Origin: Oikopleura dioica
Lineage: Eukaryota; Animalia; Chordata
NCBI GenBank assembly: GCA_907165135.1
Contig: OU015566.1
Coordinates: 9,486,001-9,550,000, forward strand
Length of the DNA: 64,000 nt
Direction of reading: 5' to 3'
In this document: one piece after another, positions 48,845 through 63,043 of the stretch
How the letters are laid out: each line of letters starts with the position of its first letter
How positions within the stretch are numbered: the stretch's first letter is position 1
Translations under genes and position numbers: made by a program
Notes under the pieces: model-generated
Told to the model about the DNA's origin: nothing
Databases searched by the model: none
What the model saw: the letters and a program-made list of their open reading frames with translations, nothing else

Positions 48845-51057
48845 ATGGAGAGCCCAACAGAATTTACCTCAATTCCAGCTTCAGCTTTAAAAAATGGCGA
48901 AGACAACAGCTCAGTTTCAGACTGGCTTGTACCAGGTACACTCAATTGTCAAGTTGGTCAATCGACAATTGATTTATTCAAACCACATTTTGACCGCGTT
49001 TATAAGCCGCTGTAGAGCGAGTTGACGGCTACACCTTAGCCTTTCTTCGAAGAGTTCATCAAATGAACTCTCTTCGAAAAGAGAATAGCTTTCCAAACAT
49101 CGGAGTTACTTTTTGAAAGAGCGCTAATATTTCCGAAGAATAACAAAATCCGTTTTTAATGTCCGTTAATGAGGGTTAGATTTTACGGTCGAATAAATCG
49201 GTCTATTCTGGTTTCTAGTCGAAAAAGGGAATAAAGTTTCCCTCTATTCTCTTTCGAAAATATATATTTACATATTATATAATCAGGATTATCGATTGTC
49301 TGCATTCTCTTTGCATCTTCGCTGCTGCTGATCCAGTTCTTTGCCGTCTGTTTTGCGTAAGTGGATACAGCCATAAATCCTCTTTAAGTCTGAATTCAGT
49401 CGGTATCACTTCCATCGTCAGAAGAATCACAAACTCACAAAAGCGCCAGGTGTCTCAATTCTAAAGCCTCTTCGATTCACTGGTAAAACAACTCCAAAAG
49501 CGCGCATATAAAATTCTTTTAGATCAAGAAGTAAAGTACTTGTCTGACAACTTGGAGTCATTTTTTACCCTTGCCTATCCGAAATATGAAATTATATTTT
49601 GTGTCCGAGAATATGACGATTCTTCTGTGCCGATTGTTGAGAAACTGATCAAAAAATATCCGAATATTCCGTGCAAGCTTCTTATTGGTAAGAAAGTCTT
49701 CAGAAAAAAGTCCCTTTCAAAGAAATTCGTAGATAAGCACAGCGAATCTTCGATAAAAAATCATTCTTACTCCACGACAAGCTGATTTTTCAGCGAGGAT
49801 TCGCCGCGCTCATGTTCTTACTTATAAAAATCTCCTATCCTTTAAAATTAAGACCCAAAATTTAGGCGGAAATGACATCGGCATCAACCCGAAAATTAAC
49901 AACATGCAAAAAGGCTACGAGCAAGCAAAATACGAGTTCGTCTGGATTTGCGACGCTGGAATTCGCGCTCATCCGGACACTCTCAACGATATGATGCTCC
50001 GTATGCTCGAGTCGAAGAGCGTCGCACTTGTTCATCAACTACCCTTTGTCGATTCTGTGCAGGCAAATATGGGCAGTTATTTGGAAAAGATCTATTTCGG
50101 AACGCAACATGGGAGAATTCAGATAACAGCTCATTGTCTTAAACAAGTAAGAAATTAAATTCGATGACTGTTTTTGAGCTGTTCTTTTCTAGGTTTGTAT
50201 CACGGGCATGTCGAACCTTATCCGTCGCCAGGCTTTGGAAGAAGCGTGCGGCGGTCTAATCGGCTTATCGAGCTACATTGCAGAAGACTACTTCATGACG
50301 ATTAAAATGCACGAGGTAAAATGGAGGAAAGGTTCACGCGTTCGGCCAGACAGGCCCTCAGGGGCGTTGTAACAGTTGTCTGTCCCTGCAGATTGGATTT
50401 AATTCCTGCGACTTCAACTGTTCAACAAATTGAATGCTCGTTTTCAGGCCGGTTGGACATTTCGCATGTCAACCTATCCAGCGCTGCAGAATCTGATCAA
50501 TCCGACGATGCGAGGCTTTTTTAGGAGAATGGTTCGCTGGTCCAGGCTCAGGATAAAAATGCTACCAGGTTCATTTTCTTTCCCTCTTCATCTCCTTTTT
50601 CATTGATTTTTAGGCGTGACCGTGGTGGAGCCATTCTCGGAGTGCTTCGTTTCCGGCCTTCTTTTTTCGCTGGGAGTTGGGCACTTTACGGACTCAATTT
50701 CCACCATCGCAATTTTTCTCCTTTATACAGCTTGGTGGATGACCATGGACTTGATGCTCGTCTCTGGTCTCCAGGTAGGACAGGAAGTCAATAATTCAGC
50801 TTACAAACTCGCCCAATTTCAGTCTTGTGGCTCGCGAATACCGCTTCACAAGTTCATTCCGCTCTGGATTCTACGAGAATTATCAACGATACCGATTTTA
50901 TTCACAGCTCTGCTTAGACCCGATGTCACATGGATCGGCTCTGCCAAATACAAGTTCGTGATTTTCGTATAGCGTCTGATTACCTTCTATGTTTAGAATC
51001 GGCTTCGGCGGAAAAGCGGAGAAGATTAATACCTGCCAAAACGACGATCTTCAATGA
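48845..51057 (+). CDS. UGCG: Ceramide glucosyltransferase (glucosylceramide synthase)
   Basis: N-terminal TM segment, PGVSILKPL, LESFFTLAYPKYEIIFCV, INPKINNMQKGYE, WICDAGI, IAEDY, RRMVRWSRLRIKM. Confidence 0.93.
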
Positions 51058-52045
51058 TTTGGAATTGTAACTCTCATTTTCTGACACAGTTCGCTTCAAA
51101 TCCTCCTTTTTACTGTATATTTCGCTTCTACTGAATATAGACAAAGATATTTTGACTTTCGCAAACCGAATTTTGGCAAACAAAAAAACCAATAGTTTGT
51201 TCTTTCCTGATTTCTACCAGTGCAAGTGTTGTCGAAAAGCCAATTTTAAAGTGTTCGAATAACAGCTTTTTCCAATACCAGCAAAAGAATATAATAAGAT
51301 TATGATAAAATCAAACTAATTGAAGCAGTGAAAAAATTATAATTATTTAACTTATTTCTATCACTTTTCTTCCTTCAGTACAAAAATCTTGTATCCAAGC
51401 AATAATATTAATTTCTGTCGACCGTTTGAGTTCACACAAAAGATGATTTTGTGATTCCTTTTTTCTTTCTGTATTTTCTCTTCATGCATGACAAGATTAA
51501 CACTCTTTTCTACAAAAAAAAACAAATTGCACAAAATCCAATATTACGCACTTTTTATCGAACATCGTTTTTTCCTCTAGAATGAGAAAGATTCTAATAA
51601 GTTTACGCTCAGTTCTTTACTCATACATGTTTTGATTCTATCTATGAGTTTACTAAAATTAATTTTATCTTTCTAAATCTTTATACCGTTTCTTAATTTA
51701 AAATGACTGATAATCTTTTATTTCAAAAAATATCGAGTTTTTTGGAGTTGCGGCACGAAACGACAAAATGCGACGAATCGCCGTCCGCGCAAAATTTGTC
51801 GCAATGTTTTGTCGTTCGGTACAGCCTCCCTTTTTTCACTATCCGCTAATAATCTGTTTTTACTGATCTGAATATTATTTTTACTTTTTTTCTGATTTCT
51901 TTCTTCGCAATATCTCAACATCTCACTCACCAACTGTAACTCACTGATCTCACCACTGAAATAAACTACTACAAAGACTACTGTTATGTCACGTGTTGAT
52001 GTTTTACTGCTTGGCAAACTGTTTATGCGAAAACTCAGAAACAGA

Positions 52046-53076
52046 ATGCCCTCGAACGGGATCATGCACTCTCACACGCCGAGCAAGACGATAACTCCGA
52101 TGAGAAATCGAGGACAGATACAGCTGATCATTGGGCCAATGTTCAGTGGAAAGTCGACAGAACTTTTGAGGTTTGGGTGTTTTTCGGATTCTTTTCAGCG
52201 GGATTTTTCAGACGACTACGACGATCGCAAAATGCTTGCTTCAAATGCCTGGTAGTCAAGTTTAAGGAAGACGATAGATACTCCGATCTAGATATGGCAA
52301 CTCACGACGGGCAAAAAGTATCGGCTGTGAAAGCGAGCAAACTTGACGATGTATATGACGCGGCGAGGGATTACGATGTCATTGGCGTTGATGAAGGTCA
52401 ATTTGTAAGTCTAATACTATGTAAGTTCATTTATGCGTTGCGTACTAGTTTGAAGACTTGCTGGAATTCTGCGAGAACCTGGCGAACAGCGGAAAGACAG
52501 TTATAGTAGCAGCGCTAGACGGAGATTACAAGCGACAGCCCTTTGAAAAGACGATCAGTTTGATTCCACTTTCCGAGAGTGTCACAAAACTCACTGCAAT
52601 CTGCATGAACTGTCGAGCTGATGCCGCCTTTTCCAGACGACTTGGAGCACAAACTGAGGTACACTCAATGACAGTCGTCAAATTTTGACAGTTTCCTTGA
52701 AGCAAAAAGTAATTGGCGGAGAGGATAAATACATGGCTGTTTGCCGTGCTTGCTACAATCTTCCTGACATCACCAGCCCACACAAGGTTGAATATTCACT
52801 GTCACATATACTCACAGTATTCAATTAAATCAACCTGAAGACTCATTATTCGTGAAGTATTTTGTAAGCAGGTTTTCATTTGTTTTTCAAGGATAATTTC
52901 AGGAATTGATCTTTTTGGAAAGGAATTAAGTTTGTTGATTTCCCATTTAGGTAGCCGATGCGCGAATCCCTTTCAATCACAAGTTCAACGATATGGCTAG
53001 AAAGTCCAAACGCGTACTCTTTAGTGAAGACGACGAGAAAAATATGAAGAAGCAAAAGAATGGAAACGATATGTAA
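52046..53076 (+). CDS. TK1: Thymidine kinase 1
   Basis: [62 protein letters not shown]; basic C-terminal exon 52951-53076. Confidence 0.93.
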
Positions 53077-53828
53077 ACTACCAAAAGTTCAACTAACTCT
53101 TACTGACCCTTTCTGGAGAGATGATCGGCTATCATTTTATTTTTCCTCACCATTTGAATAACAGATGTATTTATCCCTTACTGCCCGCGTCTTCCAAAGG
53201 CTGAAATTGTCGTCAGCTGTTATTGGAATTCGCAAACATTGGAATTTCACAACCGCCACATCTCACCGACCACCATCCTATAGTATCACTGTAGTTGCAT
53301 GTATTATTTATAAGAAGAGCTCTCCTGGATCCCAGGGCCTGGAAATGGGTACAAATATCCTAAGTCCGGATGCACATTTATCTGTTTAGTAAGTTCCTGC
53401 CAATCAATAAATGGTTATACAAAACTAACAAACAAAATTTATCAAAAGAATCATGACAAAAAAATATCCTCAATAACTTTCCAGGGGTAAAACGATTATT
53501 GTATCCCATTCGAAGTAATATCATTTGCATGAATAATTAAAGAAGTAGTGACCGCTAACGGTGCCATCCATTTTTCGCATTCCAATTAGCCTTTTTTCCT
53601 TTTCCATATAAGAAGAGCCGACTTTTTCCATTCCATCTCATTTTTTAAAAAAAGAAGACTATCGAGTATTGACTTTATCTTTTCAATTAGACATTTTTGC
53701 TTGCAAGAAACTTGTTGTAATGCAACTTTGTTTGTACTGTGACACATTTGTCATCAATATTAAAAGAGGTCATTACATTAAGGGCCCCTTAATAAGGGGT
53801 TATAATCATCCTTCTTTTCAGAGAAAAG

Positions 53829-55665
53829 ATGGCGGCTTTAGCACGAGTTAGAAAAAGATCCAAAGCTGGGAACTTGTGGGGAGCAGTGCTCAAAGAAGGC
53901 GAAGGACCTGTAGAGAAAAATACGTGAGTCGTGAGCATGCTTATAGATTTTAAAAGACAGATTTTAAGAGGCTCTGCGTCGCAGTACTTCTGCGAGGCGT
54001 GCAACAAAGACTTCAAGGATCAAGAAGCAAAAGCTGCCCATTTCGCAGAACATATCAAATGCGGCTTTCCTGGCTGCATGTTCGAAGGACACATGCTTGT
54101 CATCGAGACGCATATCAAAAATGCACATGGAAATGGAATAGGAACGGGTTCACATCTACAAGTATTTGAATTCTGAATAATTCAAATAACTGAACTCCCC
54201 TTGGTCATTAACTATTCATGAGCGTAATTTATATGCCTTGTCAATTAAAAAAAACTTTAATTTAATAACTGATAAAACAAAGGGAAAAAGAAAAGCTTGC
54301 TCTCGTAAAACTGCTGAATCACACTCACACTAGTGGTTCAATTCAATTTGAGTAAAGATTTGCTTGAATGACGTTTTTCGTAACGCGCGTTTACCCCCAT
54401 TTAAAGCTCCGTTACCCTTTTTGTATTTTCTGTTAGAGAATAGACTATTCTAGTTGTACTTATTCTTGTTGTGAATCGTTAAAAAAGGCGCTATTAGGCT
54501 AGAGACGGAAGAAGATATCAGAAAATGGAGAGAGGAAAGAAGAAAGAATTTCCCGACGAAGGCGAGGATTGCGGAAAAGAAGGCTGCAGGAGCAGCGGTC
54601 GAGACGAAGAAGTTTTCGAAAAGAGAGCAGCGAAGGGAGCAGAGAAGGGCGGAAAAATTGAAGAAAAGACTGGTAAGTCAGCAGACAACCCTTTTTGTGG
54701 AATTGCGTCTTTCCAAAGAGAAGATATTCGATTTTCCCTGCAAAATGAATGATGCTGGTGAAGATGGTATCACTTGTAATTTTGTTTTTCAGGTTACGTC
54801 GCAGGAGCCCGCTAATAAACGAGCTAAGAAGGGAAAACAAGAAAACGCTCTCGTCAATTATGCATCCGAATCTGAAGACTCGAGCAGCGAGGACGACGAC
54901 CCTCTCGACGACGAGTCCAGCGATTCAGAGAATGAAAATGAGGAAAGGCTGCCAATAAGTCGATTAACTATTAGTTCTACGAAATAAAAAAAAACGATCA
55001 TTTTATTTGATAATTCCAATAATTGTTAAGATCAAAAATGAGTCACTTGAAAAACGAGTCTGAATGGAAATGAACTAATTGAATAAATAAAAATGAATAG
55101 CTCTTATTGAGTGTCTATCTTTTCTCAGCCAAAATAGACAGAAGAGACGAAGAAAAGACAAGCCAGAAGTCAGCTGTCAAATCGACTTACAAAAGTATCA
55201 GAGAACATTGCTGCCCAGCCTGCGAACGAAATTCTTTACAATAACAAATTGTTGAGAAGTCACAAGCAGAATATAAAAGAGGTAGCGAGAATGAGCGGTT
55301 TCCTCTTTTTTTCGAAAATCAATAAAAAAGCTCCATGAGCTCCAAGCACGGAATATAAAAGCTTTATCGATTTTGGCCAAGGGCAGAAAAAGCTGCCAAA
55401 GTCAGATTCATTACCCGCGACCTATTATCTCATCTGCCGGCAAAATATCCGCCATTTAGCGTCTTCTTTTATTCAGGATGGAAAAAAAGTCCGATATCCA
55501 GTTGGGTCGTACAAATGCCACAAAACGGGGGAGAGAGATATGCCGCAGTTGGCCAGACCCAGTTTATTAGAGATGCTGCTAAAGGATGAAATTCGAGAAG
55601 AAAGAAACCGAATACTACAGGCTGTGCATTACATCGTTCAAAATGATTTCTTCGGAGTCAACTGA
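53829..55665 (+). CDS. NUFIP1: Nuclear FMR1-interacting protein 1 (box C/D snoRNP assembly factor)
   Basis: Zinc finger FCEACNKDFKDQEAKAAHFAEHIKCGFPGCMF; LETEEDIRKWREERKKEFP; C-terminal PSLLEMLLKDEIREERNRILQAVHYIVQNDFF. Confidence 0.88.
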
Positions 55666-55755
55666 CCCAGCTAAAAACCCGTCAAAGTGCCTCAAACACC
55701 CAACTTGAATTGAATCCTCTTGTCTTTCAGAATTTCGTGATTCGATGCAATCGGG

Positions 55756-58700
55756 ATGGCCACTTACAAGGTAGACTTTCCTTACAAAGCGACGGAGTCA
55801 GACGAGCTCTCGTTGGAAGTTGGCGATGTCATCCGAAATTGTGTACAGAAAGAAGATGGTAAGTCTTTATATTGATATCGTCGTTATGTCTTTTTTTCTT
55901 TAGGTTGGCTTGAAGGAGAGCTCCTTGGTCGTGTAGGCATGTTCCCAGACAACTTTGCGACAAAAATTGCCGATCCAGAGATAAATAAAAAGGTATCACA
56001 ATCGAACCCTTTTTATATCCTCTATCCCTTGATTTTTCTAGCCACCCCCACCAGCGCCACTGAAGCCAAAGCCAAAAGTGAAGCATTTCAAAGCGACCTT
56101 CCCTTACAAAGCTTCTAACGAAGACGAACTGAGCTTCGCAACAGGCGATATCATCACATTCATCGAAGATATAGAAGATGGCTGGGCAAAGGGAGAGCTA
56201 GAAAGCGGCCAATCGGGACTCTATCCGACCAATTTCGTCAAGGTAATCTCAGAATAGAAAATTTAAAAGCCCTTGTGCCGCTTGAATCTCTGGCCCGTTG
56301 CCAGGATCATCTCAAGATTAATCTTTTGAATTTGAAATTCGAAATCCGAGCGAATATTTGTTCGCCAGGACCGCCCGTCGTCTAATGGCTCAGGTCTTCA
56401 ATTAGAAATTGCCTGATCATCTTTTTTCGATTCTGATAGCCCTCTTCATTTATCATCGCTTATCGGGCCGTCCAGCATCCATCATTGTTATTTTCAGGAG
56501 GTCCTTTTCGATAAATAAGCACGCGAGGGTTACTGTTGTTTTCTGAGTAAAAACTCAGATGATGATCATCTAAGTCAGATGTAGAAATTTTCCTAGAGTT
56601 CCAAAGTTATCATCTGAGTCAGATGAAGAAATTTTCCTAGAGTCCCAAAATACCGTCCTGAATCAGGACTCCTGATCCACTAAGACCTACTTGTACCAAT
56701 CTAATTTTGGTACAAGTTACACAGCATCTGGGGCTGTGTTTGAAGCCCAAGAGTTGAGCTTAATTTAGTCACATTTTCTCACTATTTGAACAAGTCCTCG
56801 TACTCGCGTTAGCGCCGTGTAAACTCCTGCCTCTCTCTCTCTCTGCCGTATTTGCTCTTGCATTTTTACTTTTCCCTCAATCTTTCTTGTCCTGGCGAGG
56901 TCGAAGCGCAATCATCGTAGGCGCTCCGTAGCTCGAGCCCCGTTATTTTATTTTTTTCTTTCAGTGCTCAATTAGATCAGACAAATCGTGTCCAGCGTCT
57001 TTAAAACATACCATTACATTTTTACGCGTCCAGACAGAGGCTCACACACGCGCTGCTCACCATCGCTGTTGACCAATGTTGCTACTAGTAATATTGCGTT
57101 GTGGGATAGTTGCTGAATAGGAAATAAATTATTACGAGCAAATAGAGAGAGGCAGAGAGGAAATGAAGAGAGCCTCCAGGTCCTTTAGGCGCTCAATTGA
57201 TAGAACAGGATAGTGAAGAAAGACTAATATTGTTGATAAAACCAATAAGATTTAAAATTCACGGGCAAATGATTCTTTATGAAGGGATTCAATCATTACT
57301 CGCCCCTTGATTCAAAGCAGACCTGGTCAATTTCAATAAGATTTATTGATTTTTCCGTGTTGTGATTTCAACTTTTATTAAGAAAATTAATGAAGAGGAG
57401 CGTTTGGATTATTGTAATCAGCACATGAACACTTGAGCGGAATTTATCGAGAGATTAAAGCTTCAAAAGCTTTTGAATTTCTTGGAGAGAGCGCCCAAAT
57501 ACTTTATTACCATTTCCATAGTAACACTACCTCGCTTGTTTCATTTAAATGACGAGCTTCAAATCAAACACTCTTTTTGTTCGGAGTATTGTTGATTGAC
57601 ACTAGATTACAATTATCCCAATTCGTGAATATTTATGCCCCCTAAAGTAAAATCTTAAAATTTCTCACTTTGGAAAAGTAAAACAAATTCGATCAATTTC
57701 TGCCAGCCGTTTGAACGGATCAAACCAGCATTTTCAGGCTGTGGAGGGAGACGTCCAACCTTCCAAAGGAAAGGAAGAAAGAAAAGCAGCAAGAAAATCA
57801 GATGAGGGCCTTTCCGGCAGACGCAAGGATGTCCCGCCACAGTCCTCGAGTTCTTCATCGTCGAAGGAACCTGCTTCTAGCACCAGCTCTGCGTCAGATT
57901 TGCCTAGATACAAAGTAGCGTTTGATTACGCTGCTAGTAATAGCGACGAGCTCACATTGAAAAAGGACGAAATTGTTACTGTAAGTCCACTTTTTTGGAA
58001 ATTCTTGATTGACCCCATTGGTCACCCCAATTTTGAATAAACCTTAATTTTAGATCACAAATCAGAAAACACTCGATGAAGGCTGGTGGGAAGCGAGAAA
58101 CACTTCGGGAAAATCAGGCCTCATCCCTACGAACTTTCTAGATCTGAAGAACCCAATCACATCGAGATCAAATACAGACTCCAGTGATTTCGCGAAAAAG
58201 AGAGACATCGTCGGTGGCTCCGTGGCGGTCAGGCCGAAACCGGAAAAGAATCAAAATCAATTCCGAAAAGACATCGTTTCTATGCCTCCCAGTGCGTTCG
58301 ACGACAAACCTTTGGGCAAGCCCAAGCAGGTACGATAAACTCGTGAAATAAATTTAATTTTTTATCATCGCATGGGCTCGTTCATGACATGATCTTTGAT
58401 TTTTATGAAATCATAAAATGTGCTACCGTCAAAAATATCTAGCGAGAAACTATCGAGGCTTTCTTTTTGCCAAACTAAGAAATGGTAAAGGTGCGATTTT
58501 CCATCTTTCACGAGCATGAAAAAGAGAAAAGAGATTATGCTATTTGCGCTGGGAATATTACGCCCTTTCAGACGATGATTTACTGTTTGCTTTAGTTGTC
58601 TAATGACATGGTGCGTGCGAAACCTCAGGGGCCGGGAAGAAGACGACCAAAGACGAAGCTAATTGAAGACAAAAACATATCCGAGTTTCCAGAAGAGATA

Positions 58701-59969
58701 GAAATGGTTCTCTTTCAACCCTCGACCACAACAATTCAAGCTTGTTTTAGGATCCAGAATCAGAGGAAGAAACAAGTAGTAAAGCACCCAGTTCGAGTGC
58801 CAAAACTGACGTGAAATCCCCTATCGCTGGTGGTGTCGCGATCATCCCCAACATGGGCTCGCTTCTCAAGAATCCAAAATTCAGAAACGAAAACTCAAAA
58901 ACAACTGCAATCAGCAAACAGGAACCAGTACCAGAGACGGACAAACCGAAAAATGCAAGCATCGACTTTAGAAATAATTTGAGAAAAGTCCCGCCAAAAT
59001 CAAACTCATTCAAAGCAGGTAAGTCGCAGTTCACAAAAAAAAGTGGAATAATTTTTTATTCGACAAAATTTGGTTACTTTGAATTTCAATTTTATTCAAT
59101 ACCGCGCAAAAGCGGATCATATAGCTGTCAGCTAATCCGTCTAAGTCTCCACTGTCGGCGGCCCAATCACTCGAATTAGCCACTGGAGTGCTTATTTCGC
59201 CGCGTCAGACCCTCTCCATTAATTTTATGATCTTAGTGCGCAGAGAATATCTGCTACTTTTATTTCTCGTTTCTCAGTAAACGAAAACAAAAGTATTTAA
59301 CTATTTTGGCAAATGCCAAGGAGAAACGGGACCGTGCGTGGCTTGGCCGCGGCTTTTGAGAATGGACAAGTTCAAAATACTAATGAAAGTAATGAACAAG
59401 AAAACAACGATTGTAATTGAAAAACGAAGGCTCCGGGATGGTTTTGTTTACTGAATTTTCAGATCGACCGATTCCGCAGGAAGCAGAGAAAACGATTCCT
59501 GAGTGGCAGCTGCGAGCGGAAGAGCGCAAGAAACGATTTACCGAGCACTATGGCGATGGCGACCCTCTAGCTCAAGAACCAAAACCGGTAGTAAAGAACG
59601 AGCCACCGCCGGTGCCTGATCATCAGAATCGGACGAATGAGCGGCTTGAAAGCCCCCCGCCTGCCCGACCAGTAAAGGTAAATTACAAGTCGGTAACCAA
59701 GGAATGTTATTTAATTCTAGCCGGCTCAGCCAGTGGCGTCAAAACGACCACCAAGTGTCCGAAAAGATCCTGTCGCCCAAGTTAGAGTGAAAGAAGAGCC
59801 TGAAATGTATTGCGAGCCGCCTGCGCAGCATGAAGAACCGACAATGGCAGATTTGCTGCGCGAGATCAAGAGTCTGAAGATGAACGTCGAGAAGCTTTCG
59901 AAAAGGGTTGACGAAGAGTCTGCCGCGCGTAAACTGCTTGAAGCGAAGATCCGCTCGCTCGAGAACTGA
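55756..59969 (+). CDS. SH3KBP1: CIN85/CD2AP-family adaptor (three SH3 domains, Pro-rich region, C-terminal coiled coil)
   Basis: SH3-A (YKVDFPY..DELSLEVGD..GWLEG..GMFPDNF), SH3-B (EDELSFATGD..GWAKG..GLYPTNF), SH3-C (FDYAASNSDELTL..GWWEA..GLIPTNF), RAKPQGPGRRRPK, coiled coil LLREIKSLK..KLLEAKIRSLE. Confidence 0.88.
56565..56649. repeat. Two-copy 44-bp tandem repeat in an intron
   Basis: atcatct(a/g)agtcagatg(t/a)agaaattttcctagagt(t/c)ccaaa at 56565 and 56609; 3 mismatches in 41 nt. Confidence 0.8.
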
Positions 59970-60224
59970 TCTTGACCGGTGGTCGGCACTTGCATTCCGT
60001 TGTATTCTCTATCTAAGCGTTCTATCTTCCTATTTCAATTCTGGAAACAAAAATACTTAAAATATTCTGAGTTCACCGTTCCTTCACATTCAGCTTCGCT
60101 CTTCATCCTTTCGGATTTTAAATTTGTATAAAAGAAATAAACAATTTAAAGAAAATCATTCAAAACATGTCTTTAAATATTCCTTCTTGTCTGGTAGACA
60201 TCGCCTGCTCGGAAGAGGATTGGC

Positions 60225-60756
60225 TTAACCGCATGGGACAGAAGGTGTATTCCACTGCACTTAAGGACTTTTTAGCTAAATAACTTCCGAACGAATTGTC
60301 CAAATTAGATGAAAATTAAAATGGTTGTTCTTTTACTTTATTGGAGCATGTATGCCAAGTTTCAAGGAATTATCGGATACCGACCGCCCTCTGCACCGGA
60401 TTATATGCGGCCTAATTGCCTAATGTGTTTGCACATTGAAACCGAACCAATATCAAGAATTTCTTGTACTAAAAGAACTTTTATATGTTTTCGATACTGC
60501 TGATTTCAAATATTGACTTTACTATGTCGAGAAATCTAAGTAAGAGATATTTTTTTAATTCACCCATATAAAAATGGGATTTTTTCTGCAATAAGGAAAA
60601 GAGATATGAAAATTTTGAAAGCAGATTTGAAATCTACACCCCGAAATTAGTATTGGGTGTAATTTTCAAGTTTATCCAATCAGTAGTTTTCTTAAGTGCA
60701 GTGGAATACACCTTCTGTCCGAGCGCCTCTATCCCCCGATCTGTCCCATGCGGTTA
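60225..60756. repeat. Short inverted duplication with a 25-bp indel
   Basis: 60225-60265 (+) equals the reverse complement of 60691-60756 except for 25 nt bounded by a ggacag direct repeat. Confidence 0.85.
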
Positions 60757-61320
60757 AACAACACCCTTGCATTTCTCGATTGCAACAATCATCAGGGCAT
60801 TTTAAAATTAGTCTGATTGTTGTTTATTTGCATCTGATTCAATTTATTGCGAAGAAACTTGTATTTTTAATGTGCAATTCAAAAAAGTATTTCCCTATCT
60901 TTATTACTTTTACTCAGCATGCGCTCTGCTACACTTCTATAATTCTATTTTAACACCCTTATCCAGCATATTGCCTCAACTTAAACTTATTAGATGCATG
61001 CTTATTCATTTAATCAGAACAAAGAAAATTTTCCGTGCCATGATTTGAAATAAAAAGAAAACTTGCTTCAGCTCTTCTCTTGAATCTCCTACTTTCTTTA
61101 TTGATCTTCTTACATGTCTTTTTTCATCCCTTCACCCCGCTCGCTGTTTTTCTTCTGATCAAAAAATTACTGAACTTATCAATTGCTTTTTGCTTCTTAC
61201 TTTTCTTATGTGTAAACTTAAAACTTTAAAACTCCGCTTGGAATAATTCAAAAATCATTCTGAATATGCCTAAATATGACCTGAAATCAACAAAGACTAA
61301 CTTGCTGCTTCAGAAAATTG

Positions 61321-62626
61321 ATGTCGTCGAACGAACAACAGACCTCAATCAAAGATGACTACAACCCTGAATCCGATTATGATGTAAACTGCGAATCGAT
61401 TTCTAATATCCCCCACAACCCTTTTTTCTAGTCAGCAGATTCGGCAGACGACGAAGAAATGGACCGAGACGAATTGACGAAAGAAGAAATCGAAGATGAG
61501 AAGAACGATCTTCTCAACGAGGCCGACATTCCCCTTGAAGAGCTTATGAGAATGTATCAAATGCCACAGGGGGATGACGAGCAAGAAAATAAAGAAGAGG
61601 TAGGAAGATAATTTATCGTCCTCGTTGAAGCTATTCTGATTAACAAAATCGCTTATTTGAACTTGAATTTAAAGGTGAAAGACGATGCCGGTGAATCATC
61701 AGAGGCGGGATTGAACCGCTCTGCGCTGACTACTATCATGAATACGTCATCTCTGGATGACGGGACCGACGAGGAAGACGCAGACTACCAGCCACGTATT
61801 AAAATGAACAGTAACAAGCACATTTACAAAGAGCCCAGGATTGGAGAGCAGTACCAAGTCAGCCCGGCAAATATTCCAGAGGTATTGTTTGATATCATTT
61901 CTATCAAAAAATATCATCTTCAGGTGCTTAAAGCTGACGATAGCGCGAAAGAAGAAACTTTAACTTTGGAGACGACCCTCTGGAAGCCCAGTGAAGAGGA
62001 TCCTCTCACTTTCTATAGAACGCTTCAAAATTCCAAGAAGCGAAAGCGAAAAGTAATCTTGTTTCTCCCAGCAGAAGTTATCAGCTGTTCAGGAGCCCTC
62101 AACCGAGCGCTTATCGGCCAATCATGAGCGCCCGCCACCAAGCCCGTTTTCCGACAACGAAGAAGCGCTTTTCGACTTTTTCTGTACGAACTACAAGATT
62201 CCGCTGGCCGTCAAACGAGTCCAGCATCGCCAGAGCCAACGGAACCCGCGACATCAGAAATGGACGGGTAGAAACTATTTAAATTCAAGTGCCAATTTTT
62301 ATTTAGCCGAAGAAAAAGCTGCTTTCGAAGTAGGAGTTGCAACGAAAGGCAAAAACTTCTTCAAGATCCGCGAAGAGTACCTTCCAAAGAAGGACGTGAA
62401 AGACCTTGTCCTTCATTACTACTTCGTAAGTCATCTTTCTCTCGAATCTTTTCGGAAATCTTATTAGTGGAAGAAAAGCGCTAACTACGACACCTTCTCT
62501 GCCAAAACGAGATCGAAGCGCAACGGAAACTCCACCAACTACATGGAGAAGCTCATCGAAGAGCTAGAAACCAAACGACCCAGACGAAACGGCCCAAGAG
62601 CGCCTGAAGAGCCGTATTTCTTCTAA
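61321..62626 (+). CDS. MIER1: MIER-family ELM2-SANT protein
   Basis: LLNEADIPLEELMRMY; ELM2 KEPRIGEQYQV..LWKPSEE, DNEEALF; SANT W..EEKAAFEVGVATKGKNFFKIREEYLPKKDVKDLVLHYYFWKKSANYD. Confidence 0.85.
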
Positions 62627-63043
62627 GCCTTGACCTGTAAAACCAACATTTCAGATCATCAAACACTAACGGTCACGCAAAGACTGAAACAAACGCTGCG
62701 CAAAGTGAATCCACCGCTCCAACTTCCAACAAGGTGATGACTCTCCAGCTGAACGGTGACACTTGGAGCGTCAGCGAAGATTAGGCAAATTAAATATAAC
62801 GAGATTAAAAAACGCTTTCCTTGCAAACTGCACTTTCTCAGCACCATTATTCATTTATCTGCGATTCGTTCTCGTTCCTTTATCTCCTCCCTGTTCAGCA
62901 AGACCCTGCCGGATCGGCTTATTCTTGCCGGCCTGGTGGGGTCCTTTTTCATTTATCTACGAATTTTCTACATGTTCTCTGAGTTGAATAAGAGCTTTGC
63001 GCTGTCAAATTTTTCTAAAAGAAAACCATTCCAGAATTGAAAG

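Noticed and set aside
60696-61250. Lys-rich coding-like minus-strand stretches upstream of MIER
   Set aside because: Interrupted by many stops in all frames; no family signal.
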